Below are positions 1 through 7,994 of a stretch of DNA of 42,500 nt, in pieces. A program made the translations under genes and the position numbers. Source of the DNA: Candidatus Dormiibacterota bacterium (GTDB taxonomy: Bacteria; Chloroflexota; Dormibacteria; Aeolococcales; Aeolococcaceae); NCBI GenBank assembly GCA_035544475.1, contig DATKEY010000166.1, forward strand, positions 1-42,500, read 5' to 3'. The notes under the pieces are model-generated. The model saw nothing but the letters and a program-made list of their open reading frames with translations, made no database searches and was not told the origin of the DNA. Each line of letters starts with the position of its first letter. The stretch's first letter is position 1.

Positions 1-207
1 CGGCTCCGGATCCCGGCCGGCTCCTGACTCAGCGCGGCTCCGCGACCACCACATACCGGAGGGGGTTACGGAGGCTCTCTGTCGACGTCCTTAGACGACT
101 CCTAACCGTGCCTCACGCGATTCTCAAGCTCGCGACGTCCCATGGCCCCGGGAGCGGCGACGCGGTGGCCGTCCCCCACTACATGTCACCGCGAGAGCAC
201 CCCACCC

Positions 208-807
208 ATGCGCCACCTCCCCATCGCCGCCGGCACGATCGCGACCGCGGCCCTCCTGGCGGGCTGCGGCCACGGCGTCGCGGCCACCCAGACGTCCTCG
301 AACTCCGGCGGCAAGCAGGACGCGATGCTGAAGTACTCGCAGTGCATGCGCTCGCACGGGATCGGTGACTTCCCCGATCCGCAGACCAGCGCCGGCGGTG
401 GCTCGACCCTGCGCATCAACGGCGGCGCCGGCAGCGACCTCAACCCCGACAATCCGACCTTCCAGCACGCCCAGAACGCGTGCAAGTCCGACCTCCCGAA
501 CGGAGGCCAGATGAGCCCGCAGCAGCTGCAGCAGGTGCAGCGGCAGGCGCTCGCGTTCTCGCAGTGCATGCGCTCCCATGGCGTCACGGACTTCCCGGAT
601 CCCCAGATCCAGAGCAGCGGCGGAGGCGTCGCCATCCGGCTCGGCGGCCCGAACTCCGGCGGCAAGACCGGGGACCTCAACCCCGACGACCCGACCTTCC
701 AGCGCGCGCAGCAGGCGTGCCAGTCCCAGTTCGGCAGGACCGGACCGGGGGGTGCGAGCAAGTCGACCTCGGGCGGCGGCGGGTTCGGCATGCAGGTGGG
801 GGGCTGA
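208..807 (+). CDS. Secreted lipoprotein of unknown function with two tandem Cys-pair repeats
   Basis: ATG at 208 inside ORF 142..807. The N-terminus MRHLPIAAGTIATAALLAGC has a lipobox (LAGC). There are two internal repeats (aa 40-94 and 114-173), each of the form xSQCMRSHG[IV]xDFPDPQ...DLNPDxPTFQxAQxAC. High GC3. Confidence 0.75.
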   Translation: MRHLPIAAGTIATAALLAGCGHGVAATQTSSNSGGKQDAMLKYSQCMRSHGIGDFPDPQTSAGGGSTLRINGGAGSDLNPDNPTFQHAQNACKSDLPNGGQMSPQQLQQVQRQALAFSQCMRSHGVTDFPDPQIQSSGGGVAIRLGGPNSGGKTGDLNPDDPTFQRAQQACQSQFGRTGPGGASKSTSGGGGFGMQVGG

Positions 808-809
808 CG

Positions 810-1892
810 ATGCGCGCACGCACCATCGGCATCGGAGCCGCAGGCATCGTCGCCGTCGCCGCCGCCGGGATCGGCGGCGCCGTCATCGAGGGCAGGGGGG
901 GCGCCGCCGCGACCGCGACGACTCTGCCGCCGACGGCGACCGCGACCGTGACCCGCACCGACCTCAGCACCACCCAGCAGGTGTCGGGGACGCTCGAGTA
1001 CACCGGCACCCACCAGGTCTCCTGCCAGACCCACGGCATCCTGACCGGTCTCGCCGCCGCGGGGAGCACCGTGGGCCGCGGCCAGACCCTCTTCGAGGTG
1101 GACGGCTCGCCGATCGTCCTCATGTACGGCACCCGCCCGATGTGGCGCACCCTCACCTCCGGGGTGAGCGGGCCCGACGTGACCCAGCTCGACGACAACC
1201 TCATCGCGCTCGGCTACGCGACCCGGGGCGAGCTCGGCACCGGCGACACGTACACGAGCGCCGAGACCGCCGCGGTGAAGCGCTGGCAGGCTGCGCTCGG
1301 CGTCGATCAGACCGGCTCGGTTGCGCTCGGCGCGGTCGACTTCCTGCCCGGACCGATCCGCATCGCGACCCACTCCGTCGAGGTCGGCGGCGCGGTCAAC
1401 CCCGGGATGACCGTCACCTCCGCGACCGACACCACCCGCTCCGTCGACATCCCGCTCGACGTCTCCAAGCAGGCATTGGTCGCGGTCGGGGACGCGGTGA
1501 CGGTCACCCTGCCGACCGGGTCCACGGTCTCCGGGACGGTCGGCCACATCGCCTCGGTCGCGCAGTCCAGCGGCGGCGGCGGCGGCAACAACAACAACAA
1601 CAACTCGGCGACCATCGATGTCACCGTCACCGTCTCCGACCAGAAGGCGCTCGGGAACCTCGACCAGGCGCCCGTCGACGTGACCGTCGACACCCAGAGC
1701 GTGCACGGTGTGCTCGCCGTGCCGATCACCGCGCTCACCGTGCTGCCCGGCGGCGGCTATGCCGTCGACGTCGTCCAGGCTGGCCACCTGCATCGGGTTC
1801 CGGTCACCACCGGCCTCTTCTCCGACAGCATGGTCGAGGTGAGCGGCGCGGGGCTCGGTGAGGGCGACGCGGTGGAGGTGCCCTCGCTGTGA
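810..1892 (+). CDS. Membrane-anchored peptidoglycan-binding-domain / HlyD-type periplasmic adaptor-like protein
   Basis: ATG at 810, 2 nt after the lipoprotein stop, in ORF 480..1892. N-terminal TM segment ([20 protein letters not shown]). PG_binding_1-like segment ([14 protein letters not shown]...[17 protein letters not shown]). The beta-rich C-terminal part is like MacA/HlyD adaptors. Its stop overlaps the ATPase start (GTGA). Confidence 0.7.
   Translation: MRARTIGIGAAGIVAVAAAGIGGAVIEGRGGAAATATTLPPTATATVTRTDLSTTQQVSGTLEYTGTHQVSCQTHGILTGLAAAGSTVGRGQTLFEVDGSPIVLMYGTRPMWRTLTSGVSGPDVTQLDDNLIALGYATRGELGTGDTYTSAETAAVKRWQAALGVDQTGSVALGAVDFLPGPIRIATHSVEVGGAVNPGMTVTSATDTTRSVDIPLDVSKQALVAVGDAVTVTLPTGSTVSGTVGHIASVAQSSGGGGGNNNNNNSATIDVTVTVSDQKALGNLDQAPVDVTVDTQSVHGVLAVPITALTVLPGGGYAVDVVQAGHLHRVPVTTGLFSDSMVEVSGAGLGEGDAVEVPSL
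1572..1604 (+). repeat. Perfect trinucleotide runs (GGC)5(AAC)6 encoding GGGGGNNNNNN inside the adaptor gene
   Basis: Read directly: ggcggcggcggcggc aacaacaacaacaacaac, in frame with the CDS 810..1892. Confidence 0.95.
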
Positions 1893-2584
1893 CCACGCCG
1901 TGCGTGCTCGAGCTCGACGAGGTGAGCCGGACCTATCCCGGCAGCCCGCCGGTGGAGGCGCTGTGCTCGGTGTCGCTGCGCATCCATACCGGGGAGCTGC
2001 TCGCCATCGTCGGCCCCTCGGGCTCCGGGAAGTCGACCCTGCTCCACATCATGGGAACCCTGGAGCGGCCCACCGCAGGGGTGGTGCGCGTCGCCGGCGA
2101 GGACACCGGGCGGCTCTCCGACCGGGCCGTGGCCGGGCTGCGCGCGAGCCGGATCGGCTTCGTCTTCCAGTCGTTCTTCCTGCTCGACGGGATGAGCGCT
2201 CTCGACAACGTCGCCAACGGCCTCCTCTACACCGGGGTCCCGGCCTCGGAGCGCCGGCGCCGTGCGGTGCGGATCCTGGAGCGGGTGGGGCTCGCCCACC
2301 GTCTCGGCCACCGCCCCGCCCAGCTGAGCGGCGGTGAGCGCCAGCGCGTCGCCATCGCCCGCGCCGTGGTCGGCGACCCGGCGGTCGTGCTCGCCGACGA
2401 GCCCACCGGCAACCTCGACTCGGTGTCCGGGGCGGCGATCTTCGCCCTTCTCCGCGAGCTGAACGCCGAGGGCACGAGCATCGCGGTGATCACCCACGAC
2501 CTCGCCGTCGCCGCCTCCCTGCCCCGGCGGGTCGAGATCCGGGACGGTCGCATCGTCGGCGATCGTGGGGAGGTGGCGGCATGA
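1889..2584 (+). CDS. ABC transporter ATP-binding protein (MacB/LolD-type)
   Basis: Walker [13 protein letters not shown] signature [14 protein letters not shown], Walker [14 protein letters not shown]-loop ITHD. GTG start overlaps the upstream stop. Confidence 0.95.
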   Translation: MTTPCVLELDEVSRTYPGSPPVEALCSVSLRIHTGELLAIVGPSGSGKSTLLHIMGTLERPTAGVVRVAGEDTGRLSDRAVAGLRASRIGFVFQSFFLLDGMSALDNVANGLLYTGVPASERRRRAVRILERVGLAHRLGHRPAQLSGGERQRVAIARAVVGDPAVVLADEPTGNLDSVSGAAIFALLRELNAEGTSIAVITHDLAVAASLPRRVEIRDGRIVGDRGEVAA

Positions 2585-3783
2585 TCGCCGTCGCCCGAAG
2601 CCGGCTCCGTCCCGCGGACGTGCTCCGCGTCGGTGGTGTCGGCCTGCGCACCCGGCGGCTGCGCACCGCACTGAGCGCGCTCGGCATCGCCATCGGCATC
2701 GCCTCGGTGGTCGCCGTGCTCGGGATCTCGGCCTCGTCGCAGGCCGACCTCACCGCGCAGCTCGACACCCTCGGCACCAACCTGCTCTCCCTCGGCCCCG
2801 GCCAGACGCTCTTCGGGCAGAACGCCGAGCTGCCGTCCGGTGTCGTCGGGATGGTCGGCCGGCTCGACGGCGTCAAGGAGGCGACCGCGACCGCGGGGAT
2901 CTCGGCCGGCGTCTACCGGACCGACAGGGTTCCGACGCAGGCCTCCGGCGGGATCTCGGTGGTCGCGGCGCGGACCGACCTGCTCGGCGTCGTCCGCGGC
3001 GCGCTCGCCGAGGGCCGGTTCCTCGACGCCGCCACCTCGCACTTCCCGACGGTCGTGCTCGGCGCCGCGACGGCGACCCGGCTCGGGATCAGCGACCTCA
3101 CGGCCACCACCCAGGTGTGGCTCGGCGGCCGCTGGTTCACCGTCGTCGGCATCCTCGACCCGCTCCCGCTGGCGCCCGAGCTCGACAGCGCGGCGCTCAT
3201 CGGGTGGCCGGTGGCCCGGCAGCTCTTCGGCTCGACCTTCGACGGCAACCCGACCCACGTCTACGTGCGCAGCGATCCGGCCCGGGTGACCGAGGTGCAG
3301 TCGCTTCTCGCCGTTGCCGCCGATCCCGCGCATCCCGACGAGGTGAACGTCAGCCGTCCCTCCGACGCGCTCGCCGCGCGTCGCGCCGCCGACAACGCCT
3401 TCACCTCGCTCTTCCTCGGGCTCGGCGCGGTCGCCCTGCTCGTCGGGGCGGTCGGCATCGGCAACGTCATGGTCATCGGCGTCCTGGAGCGGCGCGGCGA
3501 GATCGGGTTGCGGCGCTCACTCGGAGCGACCCGGCGCCACGTCGGCGTGCAGTTCCTCACCGAGTCCGTGCTGCTCTCGGGCCTCGGCGGGATGGCCGGC
3601 GCCCTGCTCGGCGCGGGCGCCACGGTCGTGTACTCGGTCGCCCGCACCGTCACTCTCAGCATCCCGCCCGTCGCGATCGTCGGGGGAATCGGGTCGGCGC
3701 TCGCCGTCGGCGCCGTCGCGGGCCTCTACCCGGCGATGCGCGCCGCCCGGCTCACGCCCACGGAGGCGCTGCGGAGCGGGTGA
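2581..3783 (+). CDS. ABC transporter permease, FtsX/MacB-type
   Basis: 400 aa. N-terminal TM, then a large periplasmic domain, then three C-terminal TM helices with an FtsX-like motif ([21 protein letters not shown]). ATGA overlap with the ATPase gene. Confidence 0.9.
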   Translation: MIAVARSRLRPADVLRVGGVGLRTRRLRTALSALGIAIGIASVVAVLGISASSQADLTAQLDTLGTNLLSLGPGQTLFGQNAELPSGVVGMVGRLDGVKEATATAGISAGVYRTDRVPTQASGGISVVAARTDLLGVVRGALAEGRFLDAATSHFPTVVLGAATATRLGISDLTATTQVWLGGRWFTVVGILDPLPLAPELDSAALIGWPVARQLFGSTFDGNPTHVYVRSDPARVTEVQSLLAVAADPAHPDEVNVSRPSDALAARRAADNAFTSLFLGLGAVALLVGAVGIGNVMVIGVLERRGEIGLRRSLGATRRHVGVQFLTESVLLSGLGGMAGALLGAGATVVYSVARTVTLSIPPVAIVGGIGSALAVGAVAGLYPAMRAARLTPTEALRSG

Positions 3784-3793
3784 TCATCCGGGC

Positions 3794-4564
3794 ATGTACC
3801 CGGAGCCGTATGCCCGCCTCGCCCGCGACCCGGGGATCGCGACGCGGCGGCACCACTACGGCCCCGGTTCCGACCGGTGGGCGGACCTTCGCCTCCCCGA
3901 GGGGCCGGGGCCGCACCCCGTCGTGGTCCTGATCCACGGCGGCTTCTGGCGGATGCCCTGGGGCGCCGACCTGATGCACGCGCTCGCCGGCGATCTCCAC
4001 CGCCGCGGCTGGGCCACGTGGAACGTCGAGTACCGGCGCCTCGGCGCGCCCGGGGGCGGCTGGCCGGGCACTCTCGAGGACGCCGCCGCGGCCGTCGACG
4101 CGCTGGCCGCCGCCGGCGCCGCGATCGACCCGACGCGGGTCGTCGCCGTCGGCCACTCGGCGGGCGGCCACCTCGCCCTCTGGCTCGCCACCCGCCCGGG
4201 CATCGCCGCGGTCGTCGGGCTCGCCGCCGTCTCCGACCTCGCCGGGGCGGCGCGCGACGGGCTCGGCGGCGGTGCTGCGATCGAGCTCCTCGGCGGCAGC
4301 CCGGAGCAGCAGTCCGAGCGCTACCGGGTGGCGTCGCCGCTCGAGCGTCTGCCGCTCGGCGTGCCCCAGCTCCTCGTCCACGGCGACCGCGACGATCGCG
4401 TCCCCGTCGAGCAGAGCCGCCGCTACGCGCGCGCGGCCCGCCGGGCGGGGGACACGGTCGAGCTCGCCGTCATCCTCGCCGCCGGCCATGCCGAGCTCGT
4501 CGACCCGCGGACCGAGGCCTGGCGGCGGGCCGTGGTCTGGCTCGACGCGATGCCGGGCGCCTAG
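3794..4564 (+). CDS. Alpha/beta hydrolase (HGG oxyanion motif, GHSAGG nucleophile elbow; esterase/arylformamidase-like)
   Basis: VVVLIHGGFW, VAVGHSAGGHLAL, HGDRDDRVP and a C-terminal GH motif typical of the alpha/beta hydrolase fold. Confidence 0.85.
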   Translation: MYPEPYARLARDPGIATRRHHYGPGSDRWADLRLPEGPGPHPVVVLIHGGFWRMPWGADLMHALAGDLHRRGWATWNVEYRRLGAPGGGWPGTLEDAAAAVDALAAAGAAIDPTRVVAVGHSAGGHLALWLATRPGIAAVVGLAAVSDLAGAARDGLGGGAAIELLGGSPEQQSERYRVASPLERLPLGVPQLLVHGDRDDRVPVEQSRRYARAARRAGDTVELAVILAAGHAELVDPRTEAWRRAVVWLDAMPGA

Positions 4565-4609
4565 CATCGGATCGACGTGGAGAGGCCTGGTCACCGGAGG
4601 GGTGTCGAC

Positions 4610-4900
4610 ATGCCCACCTACATCGCGCTGCTCAACTACACGGAGAAGGGGATCCAGTCGATCAAGGACCTGCCCAAGCGTGTCGACAAGGCACGGGAGG
4701 TGATGGGGCGGTCGGGCGTGAAGATGACCGCTCTGTACCTGACGATGGGCAGGTACGACGCGGTCAGCATCTTCGAGGCGCCCGACGACGCCGCGGTCGC
4801 GAAGGTGCTTCTCGGGATCGCGGGGTTCGGCAACGTCCGCACCGAGACCATGCGGGCCTTCGACGAGGCCGAGACGAACGCCATCATCGGCGCGCTCTAG
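4610..4900 (+). CDS. GYD domain-containing protein
   Basis: MPTYIALLNYTEKGIQSIKD...MGRYDAVSIFEAPDD matches the GYD family pattern. ATG at 4610 is preceded by GGAGGGG (4597-4603). Confidence 0.8.
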   Translation: MPTYIALLNYTEKGIQSIKDLPKRVDKAREVMGRSGVKMTALYLTMGRYDAVSIFEAPDDAAVAKVLLGIAGFGNVRTETMRAFDEAETNAIIGAL

Positions 4901-5545
4901 ATGGCCCCCGAGGCCGCCGTCTCGACGCCGCACATCGTCGTCTGGAGCGACTACATCTGACCCTTCTGCTACGTCGCCCTCGAGCGGGCGACGTGGCTCG
5001 AGCGCCGGTACGGCGCCACGGTCGACTGGAGGCCCTTCGACCTCCACCCCGAATATCCGCCCGACGGCATCCCGCGCGCCGTGCTGCTCGCACGGTACGG
5101 CGGGGAGTTCGCGGCGGCGGTGACGCGGATGATCGAGAGCGCCGGGCTGGTCCACGACCCGCCGCCCGACCGGGTGCCGAACTCGAGCCGGGCGCTCCGC
5201 CTCACCGAGCTCGCGCGCGACCGCGGGGTCCACGACGCCCTGCACCACCGCCTGCTCACCGGGTACTGGTCGCGGCGGCTCGACATCGGCGACCCCGAGG
5301 TCCTCGTCGGGGAGGCGGTGGCGGTCGGGATCCCCGACGCCGACGCCCGCGCCGCGCTCGACTCCGGGGAGCTCGGCGCGCGGGTGGAGGCCTCGACCCG
5401 CAGCGCGCTGCGCAACGGGGTGAGCGGCGTCCCGGCCTGGTCGATCGACCGGCGGCTCGTCGTCCCCGGAGCCCAGCCCCAGGAGGTGTTCGACACCATC
5501 CTGCGGCGCCTGGGTCACGTCCCGCTCCCCGATCCCGCACAATGA
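4901..5545 (+). CDS. DsbA/FrnE-family thiol:disulfide oxidoreductase with in-frame TGA (4958-4960) at the first Cys of the CxxC motif; candidate selenoprotein (U-P-F-C), alternatively a pseudogene
   Basis: ATG at 4901 directly follows the GYD stop. Translation is MAPEAAVSTPHIVVWSDYI-TGA-PFCYVALERATWLERRYGATVDWRPFDLHPEYPPDGIPRAVLLARY..., running on in the same frame into ORF 5081..5545. That ORF alone lacks the redox motif. DsbA/FrnE proteins carry W-S-D-x-x-C-P-x-C-Y at this position. Confidence 0.6.
4971..4994 (+). promoter_or_regulatory. Candidate bacterial SECIS hairpin (9-bp perfect stem, hexaloop UCGAGC)
   Basis: ACGUCGCCC / UCGAGC / GGGCGACGU. The first paired base is the 11th nt after the UGA at 4958-4960. 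Confidence 0.45.
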
Positions 5546-7994
5546 CGACATCAGGGCTGTCACACTTGCGCCGCGTGCGACGTACCGGGTTCAGCTGCGG
5601 CCGGGCTTCGGCTTCGAGGAGGCGGCGTCCCTCGCGCCGTACCTCGCCGAGCTCGGGATCAGCCACCTCTACGCCTCGCCGATCCTCGAGGCGGTCCCCG
5701 GGAGCCCGCACGGGTACGACCTCACCGACCCCACCCGCATCCGTGGGGACCTCGGCGGTCCCCACGGGTTCCGCCGCATGGTCGATGCGCTCCATGCGGC
5801 CGGTCTCGGCCTCCTCGTCGACATCGTCCCCAACCACATGTCGACGGACGCCCGCTACGACGGGTGGTGGGCCGACGTCCTCGAGCTGGGGCCTCGGAGC
5901 GCGTACGCCGGCTTCTTCGACGTCGAGTGGGACCCGCCGTGGCCCGAGCTGCGCGACCGCGTCCTCCTCCCCGTCCTCGACGGGTCGCTCGACGAGGTCG
6001 CGGCGCGCGGAGGGCTCGGTCTCGAGCGCTCGGCGGGGCGGGTCTGGCTCACCTACGGTGACCAGCGCTTCCCCGTCGACCCGGCGACGCTGCCGGACGA
6101 GGACGGCGCGCTCCGCCGTGTGGCCGCCGACCCCGCGGCCCTCGTCACCCTCTGCGACCGCCAGCACTGGCTGCTCGCCCCCTGGACGGACGCCTCCACC
6201 CGCCTCAACCACCGCAGGTTCTTCACCATCACCTCCCTCGTGGGGGTGAGGGAGGAGGAGCCGAGGGCCTTCGACGCTGTCCACGGGTGCATCGCCGAGC
6301 TGGTGCGCGCGGGGAGCATCGACGGGCTGCGGGTCGACCACGTCGACGGCCTCCGCGATCCCGCCCGGTACCTCGCCCGGCTGCGGGAGGCGACCGGGGC
6401 CGGCTGGGTGGTGGTCGAGAAGATCCTCGAGGAGGACGAGGAGCTCCCCGCCGGCTGGCCGGCCGACGGGACGACCGGGTACGAGTTCGCGGCGCTGCTC
6501 ACCGAGCTGAGCGTCGACCCCGCCGGCGCCGCCCCTCTCACCGAGCTCCACGCCGGCTTCACCGGGTACACCGAGAGCTTCGATCACTGCGTTCGCCAGG
6601 CACGGCTGGCGCTGCTGCGGGGAGAGCTCGCCGCCGACGTGACCCGGCTCGCGGCGCGGCTCACCAGGGTCGCCGGCGACGCGGGGCCGACCCCGCGGTA
6701 CGACGTCGACGAGGCGGCGGAGGCGCTGGTGGCGGTCATCGCCGAGCTCGGCGTGTACCGCACCTACGTCGACCCGCAGACCGGGAGCTGCCGGCCCGAG
6801 GACGCGGCCCGTGCCGGCATCGCGGTGACCCGGGCGCGGCGCCGGAATCGGCGGGTCCGGGGCGACCTCCTCGACCTGGTCGCCGACTGCCTCTGCGGAC
6901 GCTGCCCGGGGGAGGGGCTGGAGCTCGTCGCCGGGGTGCAGCAGCTGACCCCGGCGGTGATGGCGAAGGCGAAGGAGGACACCGCCCTCTACCGCTGGAA
7001 CCGGTTGCTGGCGCTCAACGAGGTCGGAGCCGATCCCGACCGCTTCGGCCTCGGGGTCGACGCGTTCCACGCCGCCTGCGCCCGCTGGGCGGTGCGGAGC
7101 GACCGCGGCCTGCGGGCCACCTCGACGCACGACACCAAGCGCAGCGAGGACGTGCGGGCGCGGCTCTGCGTGCTCTCGGAGATGCCCGGCGCCTGGGCGG
7201 CGGCGGTGCGGCGGTGGTCGGCGGCGGCCGCCCCGATCCGCCCCGACCTCGTCGACCCGGACACCGAGTACGTCCTCTACCAGACCCTGGTCGGGGCGCA
7301 CCCGATCGGTGCCGACCGGCTCACGGCGTACCTCGCGAAGGCGACCCGGGAGGCAGCGCTCCACACCTCCTGGACCCGCCCCGACGCCGCCTACGATGAG
7401 GCGCTGCGCCGCTTCGCGGTCGGGGTGCTGGAGGATGCCGGCCTGATGTCCGAGGTCGAGGAGTTCGCCCGGCCGGTGGCCGCGGCGGGCATGCGGATCT
7501 CGCTCGCGTGGACGCTGCTCAAGGTCGCCGTCCCGGGGGTGCCCGACGTCTACCAGGGCACCGAGCTCTGGGACCTGAGCCTCGTCGACCCCGACAACCG
7601 CCGCCCGGTCGACTTCGACGAGCGCCGGCGACTGCTCGCGGGCGCCCCCGGCGACCGATCCGCGAAGCTGCGGCTGCTCGCGCGCGCCCTCGGGGTGCGC
7701 CGCGAGCTCGAGGGCGCGTTCGGGCCCGGCGCCGCCTACACCCCGCTCGCCGTCACCGGCCCCCACGCCGGCCGGGTCGTCGCCTTCTCTCGCGGTGAGC
7801 CGGCGGCGGTCGTGTGCGTCGCCGACCGGCGCGGGCTCGAACCCGCCGGCGGCTGGGGCGAGACGGCGGTCGCCCTGCCGCACGGGTCGTGGGTCGACCG
7901 GCTCACCGACTCCGCCACCCCGGCGGCGGGGGGCGAGGTCGCCGTCGCCGGGCTGCTCCACAGCCTCCCCGGCGCGCTGCTGACCCGTTCGTGA
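5542..7994 (+). CDS. treY: Malto-oligosyltrehalose synthase; N-terminal start unresolved (apparent frame change between 5542 and 5583)
   Basis: ORF 5778..7994 plus in-frame upstream sequence from about 5583. That upstream sequence reads TYRVQLRPGFGFEEAASLAPYLAELGISHLYASPILEAVPGSPHGYDL...VDIVPNHM, the hallmark TreY N-terminus. The only nearby start is ATG 5542 (ATGA overlap with the upstream stop), and it is in another frame. Confidence 0.85.

Noticed and set aside
5081-5545. Taking ORF 5081..5545 at face value as an independent 154-aa DsbA-family gene.
   Set aside because: It would lack the thioredoxin-fold N-terminus and the redox motif. The missing part is encoded in the same frame upstream (4901-5080), interrupted only by the TGA at the catalytic Cys position.
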